Shown here piece by piece: positions 45,685-55,158 of a stretch of 57,991 nt of DNA; within the stretch, counting starts at the first letter, position 1; the number at the start of each line of letters is the position of its first letter. The stretch is taken from contig JBKPNV010000113.1 of assembly GCA_046732795.1 (NCBI GenBank), positions 1-57,991 on the forward strand, read 5' to 3'. The stretch comes from Acidobacteriota bacterium (GTDB taxonomy: Bacteria; Acidobacteriota; Vicinamibacteria; Vicinamibacterales; UBA2999). A model generated the notes under the pieces. The model was not told the origin of the DNA. It ran no database searches and worked only from the letters and a program-made list of their open reading frames with translations. The position numbers and the translations under genes are program-made.

Positions 45685-46701
45685 GTGAAGCACACGATCA
45701 CGCTCATCCCAGGTGACGGCATCGGCCCGGAGGTGACGAACGCCGTCGTCAAGGTGATTGAAGCCGCGGGACTCCAGGTTCAGTGGGAGCCTCACGCCGC
45801 CGGCGTCCTCGCCATCGAGCAACACGGCGTGCCGTTGCCGCCTGAACTAATCGAGTCCATCACGCGCACGAAGGTCGCACTGAAGGGGCCGGTCACGACG
45901 CCTGTCGGTGGTGGTTTCACCAGCGTGAACGTCGGATTGCGAAAGGCGCTCGGCCTCTACGCGAACCTCCGCCCGGTGTGGAACATTCCTTCGGTTCCGT
46001 CCCGCTACACGGGTGTCGATCTGGTGATCGTTCGCGAGAACACCGAGGATCTGTATTCGGGCCTGGAGCACGAAGTCGTCCCAGGCGTGGTCGAGAGCCT
46101 GAAGATCATCACCGAGGAAGCTTCGGAACGAATCGCGATCTTTGCCTTCGAGTACGCACGGAAGCATGGCCGGAAGCGCGTGACGGCGATCCACAAAGCC
46201 AACATCATGAAGATGGGTGACGGGCTCTTCCTGAGAAGCGTGCAGAAGATCGCCGCGCGCTATCCCGAGATCACGTGCGACGAGCGCATCGTCGACGCGG
46301 CGTGCATGCATCTGGTGATGAATCCTTCACAGTTCGACGTGCTGCTTCTTCCAAACCTCTACGGCGATATCGTCTCGGATTTATGCGCAGGCCTGGTCGG
46401 GGGGCTCGGTGTCGTGCCCGCGGCCAACCTGGGCGCCGACATCGGCGTCTTCGAGGCGGTCCACGGCAGTGCGCCTGATATTGCAGGAAAAAACTTGGCA
46501 AACCCGACGGCCCTGCTGCTGTCAGGTCTGTTGATGCTGCATCACATCGGCGAAGGTGCCATGGCAAACCGCATCATGACTGCCCTCGGGACGGTCTTGT
46601 CCGAGGGAAGAGTCCGCACCCGCGACCTGGGTGGAACGGCGGGCACGCGGGAGTTCGCGGATGCGATTTGCACACAACTGGGTAGTCAGGTCGCGAAGTA
46701 G
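45685..46701 (+). CDS. NAD-type isocitrate dehydrogenase (isocitrate/isopropylmalate dehydrogenase family)
   Basis: ITLIPGDGIGPEV, LKGP.TTP...GF.S.NV.LRK.L.LYANLRP and NLYGDIVSDLCAGLVGGLG. The 338-aa size fits the IDH3-like subfamily. Confidence 0.85.
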   Translation: MKHTITLIPGDGIGPEVTNAVVKVIEAAGLQVQWEPHAAGVLAIEQHGVPLPPELIESITRTKVALKGPVTTPVGGGFTSVNVGLRKALGLYANLRPVWNIPSVPSRYTGVDLVIVRENTEDLYSGLEHEVVPGVVESLKIITEEASERIAIFAFEYARKHGRKRVTAIHKANIMKMGDGLFLRSVQKIAARYPEITCDERIVDAACMHLVMNPSQFDVLLLPNLYGDIVSDLCAGLVGGLGVVPAANLGADIGVFEAVHGSAPDIAGKNLANPTALLLSGLLMLHHIGEGAMANRIMTALGTVLSEGRVRTRDLGGTAGTREFADAICTQLGSQVAK

Positions 46702-46740
46702 CTGAGTGGCTCGGTCGCCAGGCAGGCAACCGAGTTCCCG

Positions 46741-46810
46741 AGTAACCCAACTACCTAGTCACCCAGCTACCTAGTAACCCAGCTACCTAGTAACCCAGCT
46801 ACCTAGCTGG
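46741..46810. repeat. tandem repeat, 16-nt unit AGTAACCCAGCTACCT x4 plus partial
   Basis: Units are 46741-46756 agtaacccaactacct, 46757-46772 agtcacccagctacct, 46773-46788 and 46789-46804 agtaacccagctacct, then agctgg. Confidence 0.85.
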
Positions 46811-46827
46811 TATAGTGCTCGCAGCCG

Positions 46828-47949
46828 ATGCTCGACGAGATCACACGGGCCGTGCTTTCGCGGGAAGAAGTCGCGCGGTATCTGCAAGGTGGCCACGGGG
46901 AGAGCGGTCGAGCCGCACGCGAGCGGATCGAAGGCTACCTGGACGAGCTCAAGACGACGCAGCGCTACTCCATTTATCGCGCGCTCAAGCACCCGCTGTA
47001 TCCGATTCTGCGCAAGGTGGAGCGCATCGGCGAGCAGTTCGAGGCGGTCAAGGCTGCGACGCGCGGCGGGCGGGTTGTCTACGCGTCGAACCATCGCAGT
47101 CACACCGACTACCTGGTCGAGCCGCTCGTCCTCGACGATAACGGCATCAGACCGCCGATCATCGCCGCCGGCATCAACCTGTTCGGCGGTCCGCTCGGCC
47201 TGATCCATCGCCACGTCACCGGGGCGATTCCGATTCGGCGGAACACCAAGGATCCGATTTACCTCATCACGCTCAAGGCGTACGTGGCAGAACTGCTGCG
47301 GTCGCACGACTTCTTCTTCTACCCGGAGGGCGGCCGGAGCTACAGCGGGGAGCTCAAGATCCCGAAGACCGGTCTCATGCATGCGGCGCTCCAGGCCGAG
47401 CACCCGCATCTCGTCGTTGTGCCGACGGCTGTGTCCTACGATCTCGTGCTCGAGGATCATGTGCTCGCCCGCCAGCGCGTGAAGCGATCGCAGCGTCCGT
47501 TCAGCCACGAACTGGCGGAGATGGTGCGCTACGCGGTGGGTTATCGATCGCGCGCATTCGTCACGTTCGGTGCCCCAATCGATGTCAACGGCGTTGACCC
47601 GGATTCACGACGCGCGATCCTCGATCTCACCCACACGGTCATGCAGACCATCGGCCGCCTCTACAAGGTGCTGCCGACAACGGTCGTCGCGTCGGCGATG
47701 CGCCCCTCGATTACACGGCGTGAACTCGAAGAGCGCGCCGACACGCTGATCGACACGCTCGCGACCTGCGGCGCGAATCTCGGCGTCCTGAGCGGCGCCG
47801 AAGCCGTCGACAGCGCACTCGAGCCGCTCGAGGCGCGCGGAGTCCTCGTGGTCAATCGTGGGCGCGTGCGCGTTCGAAACCGGAACGTGCTGCGTTACTA
47901 CGCCCGCTCGCTCGAGCACCTCCTCAAGTCGCCCTCCCGAACCCACTAG
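46828..47949 (+). CDS. PlsB-like glycerol-3-phosphate/lysophospholipid acyltransferase
   Basis: HX4D motif NHRSHTDYLV and the FFYPEGGRSYSG motif. Confidence 0.8.
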   Translation: MLDEITRAVLSREEVARYLQGGHGESGRAARERIEGYLDELKTTQRYSIYRALKHPLYPILRKVERIGEQFEAVKAATRGGRVVYASNHRSHTDYLVEPLVLDDNGIRPPIIAAGINLFGGPLGLIHRHVTGAIPIRRNTKDPIYLITLKAYVAELLRSHDFFFYPEGGRSYSGELKIPKTGLMHAALQAEHPHLVVVPTAVSYDLVLEDHVLARQRVKRSQRPFSHELAEMVRYAVGYRSRAFVTFGAPIDVNGVDPDSRRAILDLTHTVMQTIGRLYKVLPTTVVASAMRPSITRRELEERADTLIDTLATCGANLGVLSGAEAVDSALEPLEARGVLVVNRGRVRVRNRNVLRYYARSLEHLLKSPSRTH

Positions 47950-47972
47950 CGCGGCGAGACCGCGGCGAGCCG

Positions 47973-48890
47973 ATGTTCACCCTGCTGTCGCGAAGCAACA
48001 CCCTCAAGCGCTTGGCGTCGTCGTACGGGATGGCAACGCCGCGAAGCTTTGCGCGGCGGTTCATCGCCGGCGAGCACGTCGAGGATGCGATCGCGGCGGC
48101 GCGCGCACTGCAGGCGAAAGGATTGCTGCTGACGCTCGATTACCTCGGCGAGAGCGTCACCACGATCGAGCAGGCGACGGCCGCGACCCGCGAGTATACC
48201 CATCTGATGGACGACATCGTTGCCGCCGACATCGAGCGCAACCTGTCGGTGAAACTGACGCAACTGGGGCTGGCTATCGATCGCGCGACCTGCGTCGACA
48301 ACATGCGGCGGATTCTCGAGCCGGCGCGGCAGCACGGGTTCTTCGTCCGGATCGACATGGAGAACTCGCCGTACACGGACGTCACGCTCGAGGTGTTCGA
48401 GACGCTGTGGAACCTGGAGTACCGCAATATCGGCGTCGTGCTGCAGTCATACCTGTTTCGGACTGAACGCGATCTGCGGCGCATGAACGAGCTCGGCGCC
48501 CGCGTACGGCTGGTGAAGGGCGCATACCGGGAACCGGCCTCAGTCGCCTACCAGCAGAAGGCCGACGTGGATGCCGCCTATCTTCGTCAGATGCGGCTGC
48601 TGCTCGATCAGGGCGTGTATCCCGCGTTTGCAACGCATGACGTCGCGCTGCTGAACGGAATCACATCGTATGCGGCAGAACGCGGTGTCGCTCGCGATCG
48701 ATACGAGTTCCAGATGCTGTACGGCGTCAGGCGCGATCTGCAGATCAGGTTTGTCACCGACGGCTACCGGATGCGGATCTACGTGCCGTTCGGGAAGGAG
48801 TGGTTCCCGTATTTCATGCGTCGCCTGGGCGAACGCCCGGCCAACGTGCTCTTCGTGCTGCGTGCGATCCTGGGCGAGAGGACCGCATGA
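47973..48890 (+). CDS. proline dehydrogenase (monofunctional PRODH)
   Basis: FIAGE....A......L...G....LDYLGE, VKLTQLGL, VRIDMENS, VLQSYL.R...D and RLVKGAY.EP patterns. Confidence 0.85.
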   Translation: MFTLLSRSNTLKRLASSYGMATPRSFARRFIAGEHVEDAIAAARALQAKGLLLTLDYLGESVTTIEQATAATREYTHLMDDIVAADIERNLSVKLTQLGLAIDRATCVDNMRRILEPARQHGFFVRIDMENSPYTDVTLEVFETLWNLEYRNIGVVLQSYLFRTERDLRRMNELGARVRLVKGAYREPASVAYQQKADVDAAYLRQMRLLLDQGVYPAFATHDVALLNGITSYAAERGVARDRYEFQMLYGVRRDLQIRFVTDGYRMRIYVPFGKEWFPYFMRRLGERPANVLFVLRAILGERTA

Positions 48891-48960
48891 CCACGACACG
48901 CCGCCGCACCGGGGCGACTTGGCCTGGTCCCGCCGTGCCTCTGCGTCTCGGTCTGCGTAT

Positions 48961-50106
48961 TTACGTGAAGGCTCGCGTAAGTTCGACCAACGCATCCCTG
49001 CACCGGCAAACGTCCTCGATGAGCACGTACTCCTCGGTGCTGTGCAGGCCTGCTCCGCCTGGTCCGAACAGCACCGTCGGGATTCCCGCTGATCCGAGAA
49101 TGGCGGCATCGGTCCAGAACGTCATCCCGACGCGCCGCGGGCTACCGCCCACGTGTGATGCCGCCCTGATCAGCGCATCAGGCAACGGGCTTGTTGGCGC
49201 GATCTCATATCCCTCCCGTCCAAAGACCATGTGGGCATCGGCCTCGAATTCGGCGTCCTCCCGTCGCAGCTCGTCGAGAATCGTCGCGATCTCCGTGAGC
49301 GCGACGTTCGCCGGCTCGCCCGGCAATGTACGGCGTTCGAATTGCAGCGATGCTCTCGCGGGATAGCTGCTCAACTCCTCACCGCCGTCGATAATCGAGG
49401 CGTGAAGCGACGCCGTGCCGAGCAGATCGTGACTGGCGCCATAGCGCAGCTTCTTCTCCAGGCGCTCGAGCCGTGTCAGCACCCGGCCCATGCGCATGAT
49501 GGCGTCGCGTCCATCGCGTGGTCTGCTCCCGTGAGCGGCGCGGCCGCGGGTTTCGACTGCGACCCATTGAAATCCCTTGTGCGCGACCGCCACATCGAGC
49601 CCGGTCGGCTCCGTCACCACGGCCGCGTCCGCGCGCCATCTCTTGATCAACTCGTCGGCGCCGAGGCTCGAGTGCTCCTCGTCTGCGACGGCCGCGATCA
49701 GCAGCCGGCCGCGCTCCAGTCCGCCGCTCTCGACGATTGCGCGCGCAACGCCCACCATCGCGGCGAGGCCTCCCTTCATGTCCTGAGCGCCGCGTCCAAA
49801 CAACTTGCCGTCACGAATGTCCGGAGTGAAAGGCTTCGGCATGCCGGTCACGCCAACCGTGTCGGTGTGACCGCACAGCATCAGCGAGCGTCCCGCGTGT
49901 CGCCCCTCGAGCACACCAACCACATTGGGCCTGCCGGGGGCGGCATCAGCGATCTCGACGGTCAGTCCAAGCGATCGAAGCTCGTCGGCCAGCCGCCGTG
50001 CGATGTCTGCCTCACCGCGCGCCCCGGGTACGAGCGTCGGGTTGACGGAATCAATCGCCACAAGATCTTGGAGTAACACAATGGCCGGATCAGCGAGTTG
50101 AGACAT
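48961..50106 (-). CDS. M20 family metallopeptidase (ArgE/DapE-like deacylase)
   Basis: LCGHTDTVGV, AVADEEHSSLG, the GPGG..LHS.EEYV tail. Confidence 0.85.
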   Translation of the reverse strand: MSQLADPAIVLLQDLVAIDSVNPTLVPGARGEADIARRLADELRSLGLTVEIADAAPGRPNVVGVLEGRHAGRSLMLCGHTDTVGVTGMPKPFTPDIRDGKLFGRGAQDMKGGLAAMVGVARAIVESGGLERGRLLIAAVADEEHSSLGADELIKRWRADAAVVTEPTGLDVAVAHKGFQWVAVETRGRAAHGSRPRDGRDAIMRMGRVLTRLERLEKKLRYGASHDLLGTASLHASIIDGGEELSSYPARASLQFERRTLPGEPANVALTEIATILDELRREDAEFEADAHMVFGREGYEIAPTSPLPDALIRAASHVGGSPRRVGMTFWTDAAILGSAGIPTVLFGPGGAGLHSTEEYVLIEDVCRCRDALVELTRAFT

Positions 50107-50140
50107 CGACCTGAACGACTGCGAGAAACAACAGGTTCGA

Positions 50141-50236
50141 ACTCCGAGTCAGTCCCGAGTCCCGAGTCCCGAATCCCGAGTCCCGAGTCCCGAATCCCGG
50201 GTCCCGAGCCCCCAAGTCCCGAGTCCCGAATCCCGG
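50141..50236. repeat. 8-nt tandem repeat array (GAGTCCCG / GAATCCCG variants, about 12 units) in a divergent promoter region
   Basis: actccgagtcagtcccgagtcccgagtcccgaatcccgagtcccgagtcccgaatcccgggtcccgagcccccaagtcccgagtcccgaatcccgg. Confidence 0.85.
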
Positions 50237-50248
50237 ATAATTTGAGTT

Positions 50249-51703
50249 GTGCACGGTACTACAGCTCCAGCATTCGTCGCAGCGCTCGCTGCCGGCATCC
50301 GTGACGCAGGCGGCCGCGCACTCATTGTCGGCGGCTGGGTGCGTGACCGTCTCATGAACCGGATCCCGGATCCCGAATCCCGAGTCCCGAGTCCCGAGCC
50401 CCGAGGTCCGAGTCCCGAGCCCCGAGCCCCGGACTCCAAGGACATCGACATGGAAGTCTTTGGCATTCCGGTCGAGCAACTTCCCGGTCTGCTCGCATCG
50501 TTCGGGCGTGTGGAGGCGGTCGGCCAGAGCTTCGCGGTCTACAAAGTGGTGGGCGACGACGGCATCGCGATCGATGTCGCCATTCCGAGGCGTGAGTCGA
50601 AGCAGGGCCGCGGCCACAAGGGCTTCGAAGTACGAGGGGATCCGTTCATGTCCATGGAGGACGCCGCGCGCCGGCGCGACTTCACGATCAACGCAATTTC
50701 GTGGGATCCGCTGACCGGCGAGTACGTCGATCCGGTCGATGGACGTAACGATTTGCGACGTCATCTGCTTCGAGCCGTCGACGCACACACATTTGGCGAC
50801 GACAGTCTTCGCGCGCTGCGCGCCGTGCAGTTCGCCGCGCGCTTCGAGTTCGCGCTGGAGGAAAAGACAGCGGAGCTCTGCCGGCGCATCCGGCTCGACG
50901 ATCTGCCGGCCGAACGGATCTGGGGTGAGCTCGAGAAGCTGCTCCTGCAGGCAATGAAGCCGTCAATCGGCTTTCAACTCGCGCGCGACCTCGGGATCAT
51001 CGAACAGGTCCTCCCAGAGATGATGCCGCTCATCGGCTGCGAGCAGGAACCGGAGTGGCATCCCGAAGGCGACGTCTGGATCCACACGCTGATGGTGATC
51101 GATCGCGCACGCGCACTGAACGGCGATCTCGATCGCCCGAGGCTCCTCACCCTGATGCTGGGAGCCGTCTGTCACGACCTCGGGAAGCCGGCCACGACGG
51201 CCTTCATCGACGGACGCATTCGATCGCTGGACCACGAGCAGGCGGGTGTCGAGCCCACGCTCAGCCTCCTCGATCGACTGAACGTGCACACCATCGATGG
51301 CTTCGACGCACGCAGTCAGGTGGTGGGACTGGTGGCGCATCACCTCAAACCCGGCATGCTTCACAAGGCAGGCAACGTCGGAGATGGCGCCTTCCGTCGC
51401 CTGGCACAGAAAGTCGACCTGGAGCTGCTCGCACGTCTCGCGCGCGCAGACTGCCTCGGGCGCACAGGAACGTTCGATTGCTCGGCGATGGAGTGGTTCC
51501 TGGCGCGAGCCCGCGCGCTCGGTGTCGAGCATCGCCCGCCATCCCCACTTCTCCTGGGGCGTCATCTGCTCGAAATGGGTCTCGAGCCGGGACCGCGAGT
51601 CGGACAAGTTCTCAAGCAGGTGTACGAGAAGCAGCTCGATGGTGAGATCACCAGTCTCGAGGAAGGCGTGCAGGAAGCCAGGCGAATTCTCGACCTGAGT
51701 TAA
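50249..51703 (+). CDS. cca: CCA-adding tRNA nucleotidyltransferase / poly(A) polymerase family with C-terminal HD domain
   Basis: ALIVGGWVRDRLM...KDIDMEVFG (class II NTase motif), RRDFTINA, HPEGDVW.HT and VCHDLGKP (HD). Confidence 0.85.
   Translation: MHGTTAPAFVAALAAGIRDAGGRALIVGGWVRDRLMNRIPDPESRVPSPEPRGPSPEPRAPDSKDIDMEVFGIPVEQLPGLLASFGRVEAVGQSFAVYKVVGDDGIAIDVAIPRRESKQGRGHKGFEVRGDPFMSMEDAARRRDFTINAISWDPLTGEYVDPVDGRNDLRRHLLRAVDAHTFGDDSLRALRAVQFAARFEFALEEKTAELCRRIRLDDLPAERIWGELEKLLLQAMKPSIGFQLARDLGIIEQVLPEMMPLIGCEQEPEWHPEGDVWIHTLMVIDRARALNGDLDRPRLLTLMLGAVCHDLGKPATTAFIDGRIRSLDHEQAGVEPTLSLLDRLNVHTIDGFDARSQVVGLVAHHLKPGMLHKAGNVGDGAFRRLAQKVDLELLARLARADCLGRTGTFDCSAMEWFLARARALGVEHRPPSPLLLGRHLLEMGLEPGPRVGQVLKQVYEKQLDGEITSLEEGVQEARRILDLS
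50361..50437. repeat. in-frame copy of the 8-nt repeat array inside the cca-family CDS
   Basis: ggatcccggatcccgaatcccgagtcccgagtcccgagccccgaggtccgagtcccgagccccgagccccggactcc encodes IPDPESRVPSPEPRGPSPEPRAPDS. Confidence 0.85.
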
Positions 51704-51783
51704 TATCCTTTCGCCTCCGCACGACCAAGCTGGTTCTCTTCCTTCGTAGTGTCGTACTACGCGGATTCGCGGGAGACGTCGCG

Positions 51784-54231
51784 ATGAACCCGAAGCTGCG
51801 CAGCGCCTCGCCAGCCCTGGCTTTTCTGATAGTTCTGCTGCTCCCGATGATTGTTCTGCGCGTGGCCACCCCGCAGCCGGCGCCGTCACAACCACTCGAT
51901 CCCGGCTTCCACGCCGGTGCACAAAAATTGAGTCCATCGGCGCGCGCCGGTCGCGAAATCTGGTTCAAGGCCACAGCCGGAAACGCCCGCTTTCACACCT
52001 ACGTGTTTCAACAGCGTCTGGGCGTCATGATTGATTGGTATCGCGTCCTGCGCTCGGAGGCGCGCGGCGACCGCTTCAAGACGTGGGGCATCATCAACGA
52101 TCCGGATTGCTGTACGCCCGGGTCGCCCAACTGCCCGCGAAAGCGCCTCGATGACACATACGGCTTCGACTATTGCCCTGGAGACGACGAACTGCTCTCG
52201 TTCGTCGGCAAATCTGGGTATCGCGATCCCGCCTGCAACTTCGAGGACGCACCCGTCAGCCGCAACGACCCGCACGGTCCGAAGGATCAACGTCAGAGCC
52301 CGTGTGATCTGGCGTTCGGCACATCAACTGGTGTCCTTGGTTTCAGAAAATTCCCCAACCCTCGCTACGATCCGGAACGCTGGCGATCGTTGAACGGCTC
52401 GCTCGCGACGTGGACCGGTTTCACGCGTCCGCTCACAGAGAACGGTCCCGATTCACGGACGAGTCACTTGATCGACGGGTCGATCGAACCGCCGTTTCTC
52501 ATCGGAATGAGTTGCGGCGCGTGCCACATCGCGTTCACTCCGCTCAAACCACCGGCCGACCCGGAGCATCCCGCCTGGGAGAACATCGACGGCCTGGTCG
52601 GCAATCAATACGCCCGCATCTCGGAGATCTTCGTGTCCGGAATGTCGCCGAGCAGCATCGAATGGCAGACGTTTTCGCACGCGCGCCCGGGAACCGTCGA
52701 TACCTCCGGGATCCCGAACGATTCAGTCAGCAACCCAGGGACGATGAACGCAATCATGAATCTGGCCCGGCGCCCGACCTTCTCCGAGGAGGTGATCAAG
52801 TGGCGGCCGGTCACGTCGTGCGCCGCCGGCGTGGATGAGCGCGCCTGCTGGTGCGAGCCTGGGCGCGAACGAAAGTGCTGGGAGAGATCACAGAAGACCG
52901 AACCCGTGCACCACATCCTCAAGGGCGCTGAAGACAGCATCGGCGCCCTCGAAGCCATTCAACGGGTCTACTTCAACATCGGATCATGTTCGGAGCAGTG
53001 CTGGGTCAACCACATCACCGATCTCCGGCAGGCCGACCCCAAGCATCGCGGGTTCGGACAGACGCCATTCGACGTCGGGCAATGCCGCCGCGACTGCGAT
53101 AACTTCCGCGCCATCGAAGATCGCCTGCAGAACATCGCGGATTTCTTCATGACGAGCCGGCCTGTCGACCTCTACCGCGCGCGAGGGCTTGCCTCGCAGG
53201 GGGCGCTCATCGCCCAACTCGATCGCGAATTCGGCGCCAATGCGGTGGCCCGCGGCAAAGCCGTCTTCGCCGAAACATGCGCTCGCTGTCATTCAAGTCA
53301 GCCGCCACCCTGGACCGCGGCAACCGACTTTCACGCCACTGTCGAAGGCCAGCCCGATCTTCGCGTGGATTTCCTCAGCAATGAAAGGCCGGTTCCGGTC
53401 ACCCAGGTTGGGACGTCGAGATCGCGCGCGCTCCACTCGAATCACATGAAAGGGCACGTGTGGGATGAGTACGGCTCCGAGACACTGCGCGCGAGACCGC
53501 CGGTCGACGGAATCCAGGAACCGCACGACGGCGGCCGTGGCTACTATCGCCCAATCTCCCTGCTCAGCGTCTGGGCGTTCGCGCCGTTCATGCACAACAA
53601 CGCGATCGGACCGGAAGTGTGCGGCAAGCCGACCGACCCGCTCGAGCTGTATCGCAGCCCCTACGTCGTGCGTGGCACGTGGATGCGGATGCCGAATCCG
53701 CCGTCATGCGTCACCTTCGATCCGAGCGTCGAGGGACGATACCGGCTGTTCAAGGCGTCCATCGAAGAGCTGCTCAACCCGGCGTCCCGGCTGCCGAAGA
53801 TTACGCTCGTCGACGAGCCCATCGTCATCGACGGCCCGATATTCCCTGGACGAGCCGAGGGTTTCGAGCTGCAGATCCCGGCCGGGATTCCCGCCGCGGT
53901 TCCTGCCAATCTCCGCCACAAAGAGTTCATTGGCGACCTGGTCCTCGTGAAGACGAACGTCGAAGCGCTGCGGACCAAATACGCGGCTCGTGGCGCCGAC
54001 GAAGTGAATCGGATCGTCACCACGCTGCAGGACATCCTGAAACAACTGACCGCTGGCATGGTCACAAGCGCCGACTCACTGGTGTCGGCAATCGGTCGCG
54101 ACCACTTGCCGTTCATCCAACAGATGTACAGCAACAGCACCGTTGAAATCGAGAACGACGGTCATACGTTTGGAAGCTTGCTGTCAGCCGCGGACAAGAA
54201 GGCACTCACGGCCTTCCTCGCAACGTTGTAA
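51784..54231 (+). CDS. large secreted protein with two c-type haem-binding motifs
   Basis: Signal peptide MNPKLRSASPALAFLIVLLLPMIVL. CxxCH motifs at CGACH (about aa 245) and CARCH (about aa 500). 815 aa, and I did not recognise it as a standard di-haem peroxidase. Confidence 0.7.
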   Translation: MNPKLRSASPALAFLIVLLLPMIVLRVATPQPAPSQPLDPGFHAGAQKLSPSARAGREIWFKATAGNARFHTYVFQQRLGVMIDWYRVLRSEARGDRFKTWGIINDPDCCTPGSPNCPRKRLDDTYGFDYCPGDDELLSFVGKSGYRDPACNFEDAPVSRNDPHGPKDQRQSPCDLAFGTSTGVLGFRKFPNPRYDPERWRSLNGSLATWTGFTRPLTENGPDSRTSHLIDGSIEPPFLIGMSCGACHIAFTPLKPPADPEHPAWENIDGLVGNQYARISEIFVSGMSPSSIEWQTFSHARPGTVDTSGIPNDSVSNPGTMNAIMNLARRPTFSEEVIKWRPVTSCAAGVDERACWCEPGRERKCWERSQKTEPVHHILKGAEDSIGALEAIQRVYFNIGSCSEQCWVNHITDLRQADPKHRGFGQTPFDVGQCRRDCDNFRAIEDRLQNIADFFMTSRPVDLYRARGLASQGALIAQLDREFGANAVARGKAVFAETCARCHSSQPPPWTAATDFHATVEGQPDLRVDFLSNERPVPVTQVGTSRSRALHSNHMKGHVWDEYGSETLRARPPVDGIQEPHDGGRGYYRPISLLSVWAFAPFMHNNAIGPEVCGKPTDPLELYRSPYVVRGTWMRMPNPPSCVTFDPSVEGRYRLFKASIEELLNPASRLPKITLVDEPIVIDGPIFPGRAEGFELQIPAGIPAAVPANLRHKEFIGDLVLVKTNVEALRTKYAARGADEVNRIVTTLQDILKQLTAGMVTSADSLVSAIGRDHLPFIQQMYSNSTVEIENDGHTFGSLLSAADKKALTAFLATL

Positions 54232-54242
54232 GGAGGGGCGCC

Positions 54243-55100
54243 GTGAACGCGAAGTTTATCGTTGCCTTCCTTCTCGTCATCGTCGTCGCCGTCGGGATCT
54301 GGTGGTGGAACCGCCCGCAGCGAGTCGACCCGCGGTTCGCCAACGCCGGGACCGACTTCGCGCGGCTGGAGCACGAGTATCCACTGTCGATTGATGAACG
54401 CGAGTCGCTGACGCCGGGACGACTTGCCGGCTTTTCTCAGGAAGAAGTCGACCAGATCTATGGGCGCCTGACGGCTGGCCCTATTCCGGATGGTGTGTAC
54501 GACGGTGATCTATTTTTTCCGCGGGGCACCGACAGCGAGACGCGGCTGGCCGAGATCATCGAGGGGCGCCTGCAGGCGCGCATCGCCAACCTGGGAGTGC
54601 GGAAAACAGAAAGTCTCGGGCGTCTGCTGTGGAAAGGAAAGGTCTTCTATCGTGATCAGCGGCTGCTGCGCAATCGCATCGAAGATTTGTCGGCGCTTGC
54701 GCCGATCACCGGCGGAAACACCGACGGCATTGAAAAGCTGACCGTGAATGGACGTGACACCTTTCTGCTCTTTCCCGCGAGGCTGTATTGTGGTCAAAGC
54801 CTGCTCGATGGCCGGCGCGAGTCCGTGATCATCGACTACGCGTTCACGGACGAGCTCCCCGGTTATCGCGCCGCTCCTGATGACCTCGGCGGGCGAAACG
54901 GATTCCGGATTCGCGATGAGATCCGGATGGTACGACCCGGTTTCTACCTCGGCCGGGCGTACCTGAAGGGTGTGTTTGGATTGAACTTCACCTTGATCAA
55001 CCACGCTGTCGAAGCCGCGGGCCGTGCGGAGTTCCAGGCCGGTCGCGTGACGGAGGACTGCTGGACCGGCGTAGCGGCAGGTCTTCAGACCCGTCGTTGA
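54243..55100 (+). CDS. membrane-anchored hypothetical protein
   Basis: N-terminal TM MNAKFIVAFLLVIVVAVGIWWW followed by a soluble domain (..LYCGQSLLDGRRESVIIDY...IRDEIRMVRPGFYLGRAY). No family assigned. Confidence 0.6.
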   Translation: MNAKFIVAFLLVIVVAVGIWWWNRPQRVDPRFANAGTDFARLEHEYPLSIDERESLTPGRLAGFSQEEVDQIYGRLTAGPIPDGVYDGDLFFPRGTDSETRLAEIIEGRLQARIANLGVRKTESLGRLLWKGKVFYRDQRLLRNRIEDLSALAPITGGNTDGIEKLTVNGRDTFLLFPARLYCGQSLLDGRRESVIIDYAFTDELPGYRAAPDDLGGRNGFRIRDEIRMVRPGFYLGRAYLKGVFGLNFTLINHAVEAAGRAEFQAGRVTEDCWTGVAAGLQTRR

Positions 55101-55144
55101 ATTGCGATCGACTTATCAACGCAGGTCTGAAGAGCCGCCTCTAC
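55071..55144. repeat. two inverted REP-like hairpins, variant B
   Basis: gtagcggcaGGTCttcaGACCc (55071-55092) and ggtctgaagagccgcctctac (55124-55144) flank the 54243/55159 gene junction. Confidence 0.6.
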
Positions 55145-55158
55145 TCGATTGTGGGACT

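Noticed and set aside
46741-46810. Possible CRISPR array (also considered for 50141-50236)
   Set aside because: The units are directly abutting, 16 nt and 8 nt long, with no spacers. There are no cas genes in the window. These are simple tandem repeats.
50090-50788. 232-aa minus-strand ORF with GTRDSGLGTRDSG repeats
   Set aside because: Its repetitive peptide is just the reverse translation of the 8-nt tandem arrays. It is antisense to the cca-family gene and spans a promoter region.
50963-51937. 324-aa minus-strand ORF
   Set aside because: It is antisense to the HD-domain half of the cca-family gene and has no motifs.
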